A DNA stretch of 64,000 nucleotides from Macrostomum lignano. Lineage: Eukaryota. Below are positions 1 through 12,919 of the stretch, in pieces. The notes below the pieces were generated by a model. That model was not told the DNA's origin, did no database searches, and worked only from the letters and a program-made list of their open reading frames with translations. The DNA is taken from the NCBI GenBank assembly GCA_002269645.1, contig NIVC01000083.1, positions 124,001-188,000 of the forward strand, written 5' to 3'. The number at the start of each line of letters is the position of its first letter. Position 1 is the stretch's first letter. The position numbers and the translations under genes are program-made.

Positions 1-18
1 TATCCCAAGGACTCCAAC

Positions 19-3000
19 CTGAGCGGGGGTGCCGGCAGCAGCAATAGGCGTGTAGGTGCTCTGAAAGGCTGGCGGTATTGAGTCCGGCAGCATCACCATG
101 CTGAGCAGCACCAGGTCGGACACGTTGGCCGGTGTCAGCTTTCCGACCAGTTTCTCGGCCGCTTTGTCCAGCTCGGACGCTTCGCCAGCCTCGTCGTCTT
201 CAAAGTCGTCCGCGGCGGCTGCGGCGGCTGCGGCGGCAGCTGAAGAAGCCGGCGCTCCGCCAACAGCAGCAGCGGAGGTCGCTGACGCGCCGGCGCCAGA
301 ACCGACCGCATCGTCGTCAAGGCGAGGCCGCTTGCTGACGCCGCTTTCGCCGCCTGAGGCAGACGCAGCCGCTGCGGCGGCCGCCTGTTGAAGCCGTTCA
401 GCGGCCTCCTGTTGGCGACGCTTCCGGGTCGCTTCGTCGACTCTGGGCATCGCTTTGACCACCTCGGCTTGGGTGGCGCCGAGGTCTGTCAGCAGCGTGG
501 CAACCTGCTGCTGGTGATCCAAACTGCTGGGATGGCGCAGTATTGACAGCAGGCATTGCTTCAGGCACTTGCGGACTGAGGTTACCTGGCGAGAAGTAGG
601 GGGGGGGGGACTTCTTGAACTTTTACCAAATACTTGCCTACAGCCTTTAAGTCACGTGACAAGAAGAAAGTTGTGTACCCGGCCCTTGGGTCATCTGAAA
701 CTTCACAATATAGCTCAAGGTTTGTGTCTCATCTCACTTCTCTCATCTACTCTCTCATCCCATATCCTCTTTCCTTTTCTCTATTCTCTCTCTTCTTACC
801 TCTCATCTGGCCTGCGGCTATGAACTTGATTGTTTATCTGGACCTTGAAGTAAAAAAGTCTACCGACCCCTGGTTAATGCCCATTCAGACAATATAAAGT
901 CACGTGACTGCCTGTTCAGATGCAATATAAAGTCACGTGACTACCCGTTAAGACACAATATAGTCACGTGACTGCCTGTTCAGATGCAATATAAAGTCAC
1001 GTGACTACCCGTTAAGACACAATATAAAGTCACGTGACTGCCTGTTCAGATGCAATATAAAGTCACGTGACTGCCTGTTCAGATGCAATATAAAGTCACG
1101 TGACTGCCTGTTCAGATGCAATATAAAGCCACGTGACTGCCTGTTCAGATGCAATATAAAGTCACGTGACTGCCTGTTCAGATGCAATATAAAGTCACGT
1201 GACTGCCTGTTCAGACACATTATTATGTCACGTGACTGCCTGTTCAGATGCAATATAAAGTCACGTGACTACCCGTCAAGACACAATATAGTCACGTGAC
1301 TGCCTGTTCAGATGCAATATAAAGTCACGTGACTGCCCGTTCAGATGCAAATTAAAATCACGTGACTGCCCGTTCAGGCGCAATTATAAAGTCACGTGAC
1401 TGCCCGTTTAGATACAAGATTAAAAGTCACGCGACTTGTCTATTATTGCAGTTGAAACCGTAGCAACTTAAGGAGACGACAAGGCTGTGGACAGAAAGAG
1501 AAGTCTTTTTGACAATAAGCGGCACAAATTCTTAATCGATTTTGACAGAGTAGTTCTGACAGGATTCTGTCATTTTCTAAGCGTTCCTCATGCAAGTAGG
1601 CAGACTCGCTACCTCAAGAAGACACTCGAAAACAACATTGATAAAGCGAACGAGATGCCAAATTTGATCTTGTGAACTCAAGTAATGCAGTCGAATTCTT
1701 TACGAAGGTAAACGACTTCGTTAACTGAGTCCACGGCTTCTCGAGACAGGTATCCAAAGAGAAAAACCAAGTTCAATGGTTTTTTTACAAAAGCCAGATT
1801 GTAGAGCTTCCATCGATTTTTTTCTGTAATATCCAATTGGTTTAGTTGGCAAGAAGACTTGGCGCTCACAGAGCTGTGTATGCAGCTGGCACAGCCGTGC
1901 TGACACTGCCGAGTGTTTGCTTTGCAACTCCCAATCCCACAGCCTGTATTCCCACCGCAGTTTACTTTCAAATAACATTAGTCGCAGGGAAGACTGTGAG
2001 CACCTGGTGCAACGCTTTTGGCAACATCGTTCCTCAGCCACAAACAACAACGCTGAGATTCCTGAGCAGGAAGGCACGCACTCATACACAGCGCTCACAC
2101 AGGGTGTACAGGGTCCTGACTTACTAATTCCTAATTAAGGATCTCTAATTATGGATGTCATAATTCAGGTAATCCCATAATCCTAATTGGAGATTTCATC
2201 ATATAGTTAAAAATCCCTAATTAGAGATTTTTCATCCATGGTAGATACTCATAATTAATCCCTAATTAAAGATCCCATAATCCAGGTAATAAATCCCTAA
2301 TTTAATGATCCCATAATCCAGGTAATAAATCCCTTATTTAATGATCCCATAATCCAGGTAGTAAATCCCTAATTAGAGATTCTATCATCCAGGTAATAAT
2401 TCCTTAATTAGAGATCCCATCCTTCAGGTAATGAATCCCTAATTATAGATCCCATCCTTCAGGTAATAAGTCCCTAATTAGAGATCTCATCATGCAGGTA
2501 ATAAGTCCCTAATTAGAGATCCCATCATGCAGGTAATAAATCCCTAATTATAGATCCCATCCTTCAGGTAATAAGTCCCTAATTAGAGATCTCATCATGC
2601 AGGTAATAAGTCCCTAATTATAGATCCCATCCTTCAGGTAATAAGTCCCTAATTAGAGATCCCATCATGCAGGTAATAAATCCCTAATTATAGATCCCAT
2701 CCTTCAGGTAATAAGTCCCTAATTAGAGATCTCATCATGCAGGTAATAAGTCCCTAATTATAGATCCCATCCTTCAGGTAATAAGTCCCTAATTAGAGAT
2801 CCCATCATGCAGGTAATAAGTCCCTAATTAGAGATCCCATCATGCAGGCAATAAGTCCCTAATTAGAGATCTCATCATGCAGGTAATAAATCCTTAATTA
2901 GACATCCCATAATCCAGAGAAATAAATCTCTAATTAAAGATCCCATTATTCAGTCAACAAATCATTAATTAGAGATCCCATAATCCAGACCAATAAATCC

Positions 3001-3977
3001 CTAATTAAAGATCCCATTATTCAGGCAACAAATCATTAATTAGAGATCCCATAATCCAGACCAATAAATCCCTAATTAAAGATCCCATAATCCAGGCAAC
3101 AAATCATTAATTAGAGACAGCATCAGGTCCCATCATCATGCATTAAAAAAGAATGAAAAAATACAAATCATACCTGGGACGTGGCCAGCTGTGGCGGCAG
3201 ATTAACGTGCAAAGTCTCTAAGCTGGCAACAGCCCTAGCCATAAACTGAGGCCTCTGTAGGGCAATATTAACCAGCGAATTCATGCCCACCTGTAGGCAG
3301 ATACTGCTAGAGTCGCTGTGAGCCAAAGTTAGCAGCTCGTCAAAGCATCGTTTGCCTTCGTCTTCCAATCGTTTAATATTCAAAGTCCGATGATCCAATG
3401 GTATTTGATCCAGCGACACGTCTTTCTCTTGAGCTTTGGGAATTTCAGAGTCCGGCCGTCGGCGCGACTGGGTGAGCACAACCGCTTCGAGAAACTTGAT
3501 AACAAATGCTCGAATACCTTCATTATCGCTGGCCAGTAGGGCTAAAATTCGTTCTTTAATTTTGCAAGCGATGCCAAACGTGTCAACTATGACTTTGTTA
3601 GCGTCTTTACTCCTAGCCAGCCACGATAGGCAGAGCTTGTACACTACAGTGTGCGCTCCGATCACTCGTTTGATAACATTCAGCTTCTCCTTGTCATTCT
3701 GTATGATGTGATACAGCCGTTCGACACCTTTGCGCAGATGATCGTTGTCGTACTTGCAGGCTAATTCAATGAATTCTACAACAGCCCGGCGCACTTCGGC
3801 GTGCTTGTCGTGCTGGAAGTCCATGAATTCGTCTAAGAAATTGTCTAGCAGAGATGGCTCGCGATGAAAGATCAGCTCGCGAACCTGGGATAAACAGTCG
3901 AGTTTCTCCTTGGCAACGAAGCTAGTCTGAGCGTCGCCTAGCAACTGTACAACTCGTTGAAACGTATTTGACGGCAT
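19..3977 (-). CDS. SYMPK: Symplekin (cleavage/polyadenylation scaffold), N-terminal part; exons 3977-3174 and 585-19, gene continues beyond the left edge
   Basis: Exon 1 encodes LLDNFLDEFMDFQHDKHAEVRRAVVEFIE...LVNIALQRPQFM...LHVNLPPQLATSQ. It splices in phase 0 (GT at 3173, AG at 586) to VTSVRKCLKQCLLSILRHP...LTPANVSDLVLLSMVMLPDSIPPAFQSTYTPIAAAGTPAQ, matching the remembered symplekin N-terminal domain. The next donor is GTTGGA at 18. Confidence 0.93.
890..1436. repeat. 33-bp minisatellite (AATATAAAGTCACGTGACTGCCTGTTCAGATGC), about 17 units, in symplekin intron
   Basis: Directly visible tandem units; 14 carry the perfect palindrome GTCACGTGAC. Confidence 0.97.
2125..3118. repeat. 35-bp minisatellite (GTCCCTAATTAGAGATCCCATCATGCAGGTAATAA) in symplekin intron
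   Basis: Visible tandem units with degenerate edges. Confidence 0.95.
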
Positions 3978-4162
3978 GTTGAATGGCGGCTGAAGTGAGA
4001 AGGATTTATAAACATAGAGATGATGTACTGATATTTATTGAATACTAAATATACTTAAATAGTAAATTGGAATTTAAGATGGACGATTGCACCGTTAACT
4101 ACGAGCTTAGAAGCTTGATAAACTGGAAAGTCTGTTGGCGGCTTGGCAGTTGGCAGCTGAGC

Positions 4163-4875
4163 TGAGGATCTGGGAGGCTGGCCCAGCAACTCTGGGGATC
4201 TGGAAGGCTGGCCCAGCAACTCTGGGGATCTGGAAGGCTGGCCCAGCAACTCTGGGGATTTGGAAGGCTGGCCCAGCAACTCTGGGGATTTGAAAGGCTG
4301 GCCCAGCAACTCTGGGGATCTGGAAGGCTGGCCCAGCAACTCTGGGGATCTGGAAGGCTGGCCCAGCAACTCTGGGGATTTGGAAGGCTGGCCCAGCAAC
4401 TCTGAGGATCTGGGGAAGGCTGGCCCAGTAACTGAGCGGATCTGGGAGGCTGACCCAGCAACTCTGGGGATCTGGAAGGCTGGCCCAGCAACTCTGGGGA
4501 TTTGGAAGGCTGGCCCAGCAACTCTGGGGATCTGGAAGGCTGGCCCAGCAACTCTGGGGATTTGGAAGGCTGGCCCAGCAACTCTGAGGATCTGGGGAAG
4601 GCTGGCCCAGCAACTCTGGGGATCTGGGAGGCTGACCCAGCAACTCTGGGGATCTGGAAGGCTGGCCCAGCAACTCTGGGGATTTGGAAGGCTGGCCCAG
4701 CAACTCTGGGGATCTGGAAGGCTGGCCCAGCAACTCTGGGGATCTGGAAGGCTGGCCCAGCAACTCTGGGGATTTGGAAGGCTGGCCCAGCAACTCTGGG
4801 GATTTGGAAGGCTGGCCCAGCAACTCTGGGGATCTGGAAGGCTGGCCCAGCAACTAAGAGGATCTGGGAGGCTCA
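4163..4875. repeat. 30-bp minisatellite (GATCTGGAAGGCTGGCCCAGCAACTCTGGG), family shared with 23225-24455 and 40215-40400
   Basis: Visible tandem units; the reverse complement contains GTTGCTGGGCCAGCCTTCCAGATCC, as in the other two arrays. Confidence 0.96.
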
Positions 4876-6002
4876 GAGGCTGGCAGTCCAACCTAGAAGC
4901 GAAAATTCAAAGCGACTTTGTCAACGAGATGCAGGCAGCCAAAACAACGAGTTCAAAAGCGGGGAGCTTGAAGAGGCTTGAAGAATATTTCAAATTCGAA
5001 AATTGACTTGATTTGTTATAAAGCGGCTTCGGTTTTTTCTAACCAAAGAGCCCGCATAACCATTGATAGCTCAAAAGCAAAGAATACTCGAAGAAGGCGG
5101 AAGAGCCGCAGATTAAAAGACAAGTAGGGAAAAAGAAAAATCTCCAAAAAAAGGCTGCAGATGGCAGAGCTTAATCAAAGGTAAACGAGAGTTATTCCTT
5201 TATCATTGAGAAAGGGTTTTTGCCGCTCAAGAGCAAGTGCCCCTATACAACTGGGACGTGAGCATCTGCCAGTTTTGCTACTGCAAATCTCTTGATCAGT
5301 ATATTTTTCATCCTTTCTCCAAAAACCTGTTGAGCTGCATGAAAGAATAAACAAGTCGCAGGTTTCGCTTGGCAGCTGATTAAACAAATCGTGCTCCTCT
5401 GTTGAGAGAGGCATAGGCATTGTCACTGGGCACGGCTCATTCGGTAGCTCTGAGAAGCAGCAAGAAAAATAACTAGAAAGAAACGGGGGAAAACTAAAAG
5501 ATTATAAAATTTGAGATTTTGCAACTAATAAAGAAACACACGTACGAGAGAATTTAGATAGCCCATTTTTATCGAATCAAGAAAAAAAACTAGACTGATT
5601 TAAACAGCTGAGGCTGGTCAAGCGTTTTCTCAGTGGCACAAAGACCTTCCATTCGATGCTCTTCCTTTAGGGTAGAAAAAATCCACAGTAGACACTCGAA
5701 ATGTACTTTGAAAAAGCGAATGTGATATACTACTCACAAAAGTATGATAAGTAGCATGCAATGAAAATTGAGCAATTTCTAGTTCTTTTTATGAAAGACA
5801 AACAAAAGAACTTTAAGAACAATACTTTTTGATGCAACTACTACACAAATCCTATTGCAGAGGATTGCCTTGGAATTCAAATAGCTTTATGTGAATATTT
5901 AAGCAAAATAATCTAAGGGCATAGGGTAATGGAGTTGGCTATGACTATTGCTTTTTGAATCACTGGGGGAAAACTCAATGATACTATGAGATTTGGGTAT
6001 CC

Positions 6003-8197
6003 AGATCTTTGATCAAATTATCAAATTTTATTATTATTATATTTCAGGATAGACATCTATCTTTAATGATATATTTTATTCATCAAGCTATAACTTTGAT
6101 ATATCAATTTCTATCAACTGAATGACTAAACAATAATGACATATATTATTGTTTAGTAATTTAATAATACTATATATACTTTACTATATATTTACTATAC
6201 TATATATACTATATATACTTTTATAATACTATAATAATACTGTATTATTGTTTAATAATTTAGTAATGTATTAAAAGTCACTGAGAAAACACAAATTGAA
6301 GCTTTTCTATTTGTTCATAATTGCACATCATTTTAGAGCATTCTGGCATTAGAGGAGAACAATATTGATATCACTTGGAGCCACAAACAACAGAGAGAAT
6401 TAGAATGCAAAAAATCTATAGTCCATCTAGCTAGAACAAGAACTGCCACCATTTATCTCTTTTTTACTGACCCAGTCAATAAGATGAAATGAAAAATAAA
6501 ACTTGAACATAATTTGTGACACCTATGATACCTATACCAATGGTTTGGCATAGTGACAGGTGTGATACAGCTGACACCACATCTGACAACAGTCACTGCT
6601 GTGACAATGAGGCTAAAGACACCCAACATTGACAACAATATTGCCTTTGACACTTAGATCAACAGAGTGCATCTTGCAATAATAAAAACATTTGACAAAA
6701 TCTAGCTAACAAAGGCATTGATTCTGAATCACCATGTGGAGTGTTGCTGCTAACAATTCTAAGTGCTTACTAAAGCTGCAATGCCATTTACCAAATCAAG
6801 CAACTGAAGCAGCTGGTGCTACAGTATGTCTTGCCTCTTCTAGAAGGCCTTGCTAGTTCACTTGATATAAAATGTCCCAGCTATATATATTATAATCTTT
6901 TAATAATAATGCTTTTAAAAATTGAACTATTAGAGAGAAAATTATTGTAAGGCCTAATATTTTCAATATCTATTAGCCATGTTATTCATGAAAAAACCTA
7001 GGTCTATATTTACTACTTTGAGTAGGCTTAATAGATGTTGCTATTTCTATTTTAGTTTGCCTTAATATAGTAGAATCATACTAAAATTGCTTAATAATAT
7101 ATATATATTTTTACATGGTTACAACTGGGCAATCTCTTAGTTTTGCATGTTTAAAATTATTTTTCAAAAAATAGTGACTTCTTTAGTTATTGCAAGTAAA
7201 TATTAAAACTCCCAAGAGTATAAGACATGGCAATGTGTCAATTTTATATCTAGGTCACTAGTTTGAGATGGCTAAAGGCTGTCTATAGCAAAAACCTGCA
7301 ATTGCTCTTTGTTTTTTTAAAGGGACTGAGGTAGAAAGGACTAGGACTGGGATTCTGAGAGATTTCTTGCTTTGCTTGCTTTCCTAAGCAATCTTGATTG
7401 TCAATCTTGAGTAACAACTCTTCTTGATCATGGCTAGATGCCGTTATACCCACTAGCATAAGCCCAGTTCAGGGGCCATGCATAGTACATCTAAGGCCTT
7501 GTTTGATGACAATACCCACCTAAATAAATTTCTATGGCACTGTTGCCACCTAGGTATATTTTAGGCAATATACTTTAACTTTTCTAGGTGGCCCACTACT
7601 ACAATGTCTATATTCTATAATGCAACCAAACGTGACAAAACAAACTCTAACTATTGTTTAATTTTGTTAAAACTTTGTTTAAAATTCTTTAAATTCAAAA
7701 AAATAAATAAACATGCAAAACTAGAGAATTGCCTTATAGGCCTATTATTATATATAGCTAGGCCTATATATATTTAAAATTACATTTTTTGATTCCTTTA
7801 TTTTGCATTTACTTCAAGTTAGTGAATTCCATATAGTTTATTTATTCTGCAATTTATCATTCTTCTACATATTTAGCATTTTACTGTGTTATTCTAGTCT
7901 GATTCTGCTGCAGCATTTTACTAGGTACCAAAATTATCAAATTACAGGTTACTTCAGTGACAAAAATAGCAACAGATTATTATTATGATGATGAAGTTTT
8001 ATTTAAAAAAATTGACAAACAATAATAATAATATTAATTAATTATTCAATACTAACCTTTAAAAAAGAAGCAAAAACTTTAAACAAATGCTCCATGCTCT
8101 ATACTGTTTTTGTCACCCAAGTAACCTGTCACCAAAATGGATGACACCGAAATGCCTGTCACCAAAGTAACCAGTTACCAAATGATCACAGATCACT
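6003..8197. mobile_element. Possible decayed DNA transposon remnant (MULE-like)
   Basis: The right end 8112-8197 has short GTCACC(A/C)AA subterminal repeats. There is a weak match GATCT(T/G)TGATCA at about 6003, and a fragment ITWSHKQQRELECKK...EHN near 6370-6510 vaguely resembles FLYWCH. No TSD or ORF. Confidence 0.2.
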
Positions 8198-8690
8198 AAT
8201 TACATAAATTACCAAATGGATTAAAAATGGAATAGAAAAAGCATTAGCAGGGGGGCCTAGGCTTACTGCTTAGGGTTAGGCCTAGGGCCTAGGGCCTACA
8301 AAAAAAACTTAAACTTTTAAGTCTGCCTGAACTGGAGTCAGAACAGAAGTCAGAAGACTGACCTCAGACATACATCTGCATAGGCCTATCTAAGTCTATA
8401 TAGAATTGTCTTAGGCCTAGACTTAGGTTTGGATTGGTTGGTTGGTTTGTCTTACAAAAATATTTTTCTGGTGTCTGCGATTAAATTTGCATAGGCTAGG
8501 CCTAGGCTCTTAAGTTTAAGTAGGATTGATAAGTGATTGTGGCTTCTAAAAACGCAAGAAAAATATGCAACGCTCGTTCTCATGTAAACATAGGGCATAC
8601 TTATTGTTTTTGTATTGTATATGATGATGAATTGATAGACTTGTAACGACGAGCGAGTGTACGCGTGTGTGTGTGGGGTCTCCCTAAAAC

Positions 8691-9388
8691 CAAGGACGAC
8701 TTAAGTAGAAGGACGGGAAACCTCGTTTCTTAGAAAAGTTTTGAAGGCACTTTTTCCCGAAAAAATACACTACGGAGATAGGAAGTTTTCATTTTTTCAG
8801 CACAAAAATTGTTATTGCGTTTGATAGGAGGCAGATCCAGTGTTCATCTTTTGATATGTTGTGCCTTTTTTATTGCTCTATCGATATTTAAAAAGCTTTT
8901 CGTTCAGAAAATTAGGATTCTATGTTAATTCCCTATTCTACGTATATTTCCTGTATCTAAAAATCACAAAAATGCATGACAGAGCTCCAATATTTGGTTT
9001 TATGAACCTATTTTATCATCTCTGTTACAAATATTTGCTACACAGTCGGGTAAGAATGATAAAAAAGACTCATGAAGCTAAAGAGCCGAGCCGTGGCATT
9101 CTAATGTATTTCAAGCACAAGACACGCGAAAATATACGCAGAATAAAAAATTAACATAGAATCCCAATTTTCTGAACGAAAAGCTTCATAAATATCGATA
9201 GAGCAATAAAAAAGGCACAACATATCAAAAGATGAACACTGGATCTGCCTCCTATCAAACGCAATAACAATTTTTGTGCTGAAAAAATGAAAACTTCCTA
9301 TCTCCGTAGTGTATTTTTTCGGGAAAAAGTGCCTTCAAAACTTTTCTAAGAAACGAGGTTTCCCGTCCTTCTACTTAAGTCGTCCTTG
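8691..9388. mobile_element. 698-bp non-autonomous foldback/MITE DNA transposon, copy 1 (TIRs about 240-260 bp, 8-bp TSD CCTAAAAC)
   Basis: It starts CAAGGACGACTTAAGTAGAAGG and ends CCTTCTACTTAAGTCGTCCTTG. CCTAAAAC lies at 8683-8690 and 9389-9396. A near-identical copy lies at 36179-36876. An 8-bp TSD with CAAGG termini fits the hAT or P superfamily. Confidence 0.95.
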
Positions 9389-9397
9389 CCTAAAACA

Positions 9398-12157
9398 GGG
9401 TATGTATAAAAGCAGGGCACCATTGGCACATTGGACACCCCTTATGTTAACAAAAATCGAGTTTTGATCGTTGTTTTGCTTGAATAAATATACTTTGGCT
9501 TTCGAATAAAAATGTAAATATTTATTTATAATTGCACTTTTTCATATACTTCTAACAACCATGAGATTGGTAGTATCAACAAGTTTTATTCTACATTTAA
9601 ATTCATTTCTTATCTTGCTTTATTGTCGAACTACTTTCGGTACGTCATTTTCATTTACCTAGTTGGTGCACTTACAGAAAACATAGAAACATTAAATGCC
9701 GTTTCTTGTCCTCAATAAACGTTGGAAAAAGTGAGCAGCAGACTAGTTGCAGAATTTTATTGCCGGACATGGCATATTTGACTATTTGCAGCTGCTCTGG
9801 CTTGTTTACTGCCTTTCCATAAATCAACAGCAATGGTGAAAGTGAATCTAATCCTTTTCTCTCTCTCTCTCCCATAATGTTAATGTTTGATTTGCTGTTA
9901 ATATGGATTTTTAAAATCCCCCGTGTCTTAAATAAAAAACGAATAATTTTTTAAGTTGTGATTTCCATCAAAATGCAATTAATTAATGTTTTAAAAACAT
10001 TTAAACTCAATAAATTATTTATTCTCTTATCAAATAGAATCCAACTCTAGAATCTTTTTCAAGGAAGGAATACTAACTATCTTTAATATTCAATATGCAT
10101 GATAATAAAGCAGTGCATTACTTTTTCAATTTAGAGAATCTAACAAGGAAATAAATATAATTTAGTACAGTACCATTGTAAGCAAAAAACCATAAGTTTA
10201 CAGGTACAATTTTTTGTAAAGATAGATACAGCGGAAAATTAAAATTTGACAAAAGAATACCACAAACACTAAAAATGGGGAGAAAAAGTATTACAAACAT
10301 TGGCATTAATAAAAAAGTAATAAATATTGCAGCTGAGCAAATGAAATTAGCAATTAAACAATGCAATGAGTTAAATGATAAATAACAAAGAAATGCTAAA
10401 TAACATCTAGCAATGTATATTAAAGCAATTGAAGTGCACTCTGAGTTGAAAGGCTTACAACTCATAAAGTACAGTTTAAATGCAATGTAACTTTTTATTT
10501 ATTTGTAACTTTATAACAATAGAAATCATTACCATAAGCAATTGTATGAAAAGTTGCTATTAATAGTCTTATGTACTTTATCTCTACTCTAAGAGCTAAC
10601 TTTCTATAAATATATATGATTCCTTGTATAAAATTAGGGATTCTTTAAAAAATTCATGCTGCAATATGCATATATCACACTCTTGACCCAAGAAAATTAT
10701 TGAAAGTGGTCAACCAATTAGCACAAAAAAATTATAGACGGCTGTAATGGTGCAAGTGGTGTTTCGGCACACCACTTAAATTAAAGTTGAAATTTTTGGA
10801 GCAGTTACACTAAAGAAAATTATTATTTTATAAAATTAAGAGAGGCTAATAAAATTAGTAGGGCTTGAATTGAATAATATGCTGTGAAGACTCAAACTTG
10901 TAAGCCAAGAAGGCTAGAATTAGGGTTAGCAATTAGGCAATTAGGCGAACTATAGACATTAAGGAATGTGTAGGTATTAAATAAATAAATCATGCAGGTG
11001 CTAATAGTAGCTTAAAACCTATCACTTGGTCCCTTAGAATGCCATAATTTTGGACATTAGAATTAAAATATAGTGTTTTACTGATTGGGAACTTGTTCTT
11101 ATTGGAAAACTTCTCATAAATATAGAAATATTAATATAAACAATACGAATAAATTTGCCTATTAAAACTTTGTGGCATTTGTAGGATTTTAGAAGAAGGA
11201 AGTATACCCTGCAACATACGTGCAGAATATTTATGTGCTAAAGGATTTAGGTCTGAAATAAATGACAATAAATGTTATGTGAAGATGGTTTATATGTTGT
11301 TTTTTCAAAGCGTCACATATAAACTTTCAGTAAAAAGACTTCTTGGTCTGTGAGGTAGATTTTTTACTTATATGCTTGCATTTTTTAACTCATAATTTAA
11401 ATGATTAGCACAATTTCTTAAATATCATGACTTGGCAAATTATTCATAATAATGTTTTCTTAAAAGGATTGTATATAAAGAAGAGACTGTAATTTGAACT
11501 TTCACTGAGTAGCTATTCCTTTTTTTGTTGGTTGAAATCATACAAAAAGTAATTGAACTAATAAAAGAAGAAGCTTGGAAATTATTAATTTAATCATCAT
11601 CTTACAAAGTAAAAAAAACTTTTTGGGTGCAATTTTTTCATCAAATAATCTGCCAATGTATTAACTTTTTTAATATAGAAATACTTGCAATTTGGAATAT
11701 CCAAAGTTCGTTCTTCATGAAGTAATCCTAACAAAATAAGTTGTGGTTTTTTGATAAGAGCAGAATGCTTCATCATTTTATGGAAAATTGAGTTCTGACT
11801 ATTAGTTTGATCATTTCATATATCAGGCATATTTAGCATTAAATCGGTACGCCTGTAGTACAGAACCTTCGGGGTAGTAAAATCACAGTGTAATAGCATT
11901 GCAAGCTGCAGTTTTTGCATGTGCGATTATTTTAAAAAATCGAATGCCAAATTAAACATGTACAAAAAACGATAATACAAAGAATATTTAACAAATCATC
12001 TATCACGAAAGCAAGGATGTCATTTCTATTATTATCAATTTTTTAAATTATTTAAAAGTATCTCCGCAAGTTTATTCTGCATTTTCATATCTAATTTTGT
12101 TATAAAAAGGGGTGTCCAATGTGTCCAATGTGCCAGTGCCAGCTTTTATACACACCC
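9398..12157. mobile_element. 2.76-kb AT-rich TIR element with 9-10 bp TSD (GCCTAAAACA), MULE-like termini, no intact ORF
   Basis: The left end GGGTATGTATAAAAGC...CACATTGGACACCCCTT matches the reverse complement of the right end AAGGGGTGTCCAATGTG...GCTTTTATACACACCC (imperfect, about 60 bp). GCCTAAAACA lies at 9388-9397 and 12158-12167. Confidence 0.8.
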
Positions 12158-12919
12158 GCCTAAAACACGCCCCGCACCGCCCTGCAGCGCTACACATTAA
12201 AACAAATTGGACTATAACTGAAGACACTTGAAAATGCGTTTTCTGTTAAGCTTTAAAGTTTTTATTAAATTAAGTTTTTTTACTATGAAATATAAAATTC
12301 GGTGAATAATTAGTGATAATATTAATAATATTATTAAAAAATATTAATAAAATTTAACAATGAAAACGAAAATATAAAAAATAATAACAATATTTATAAT
12401 ATTAATTAAATAATTTTGATATTTTGATTTTTTTGATTTTTTGATTTGATTTTTTTGATATTTTGATTTTTGATTTTGATATTTATCAAATATCAAAGTT
12501 AATTTTGTATAATTAACAAAATTTTTATTGTATAATAACTTACATACTTCTTACTATGATTAGACACTAACTTCGTTTGATTACACTTGAGCTGATTCAT
12601 TACTTTCCAAAAAATTACAGTTGATTTACTGATTTCGAATAATTTTATTCGAGTTGTGTGTAGCTATAATTTTGTAGGCTTATAAATTGCTATCTTGCAT
12701 GTAAAAATTGATATTTTAGGCAAAGTCGGCCTAGGCATTACAGTTATTGTTTGTTTTCTTTAGCTCAGCGGCTAGATTTAAATTTTACTTAGCATAAATT
12801 AGGCCCGGCTTAGTTAGAGGTTAGAGCGAGTCCTAGCACAAAGGCAAATCATTAAATTATTTTTTACAACAGTCAAAATATTTAGATTGATTAGGCAGGC
12901 CTAAAAGTTAGGTATGCCT

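Noticed and set aside
4055-5006. Long ORFs (160-278 aa) over the 30-bp array, and similar long ORFs over 23199-24498, 32323-33279, 48563-49456, 58340-59338, 60494-61525 and 62909-63779
   Set aside because: They are translations of stop-free tandem repeats. They are open in several frames and on both strands, and most lie within introns of genes that splice around them.
8861-9154. 97-aa and 60-aa ORFs inside the foldback elements (also 36460-36642)
   Set aside because: AT-rich chance ORFs spanning the TIR and spacer, with no transposase motifs; the longer frame is not preserved in both copies.
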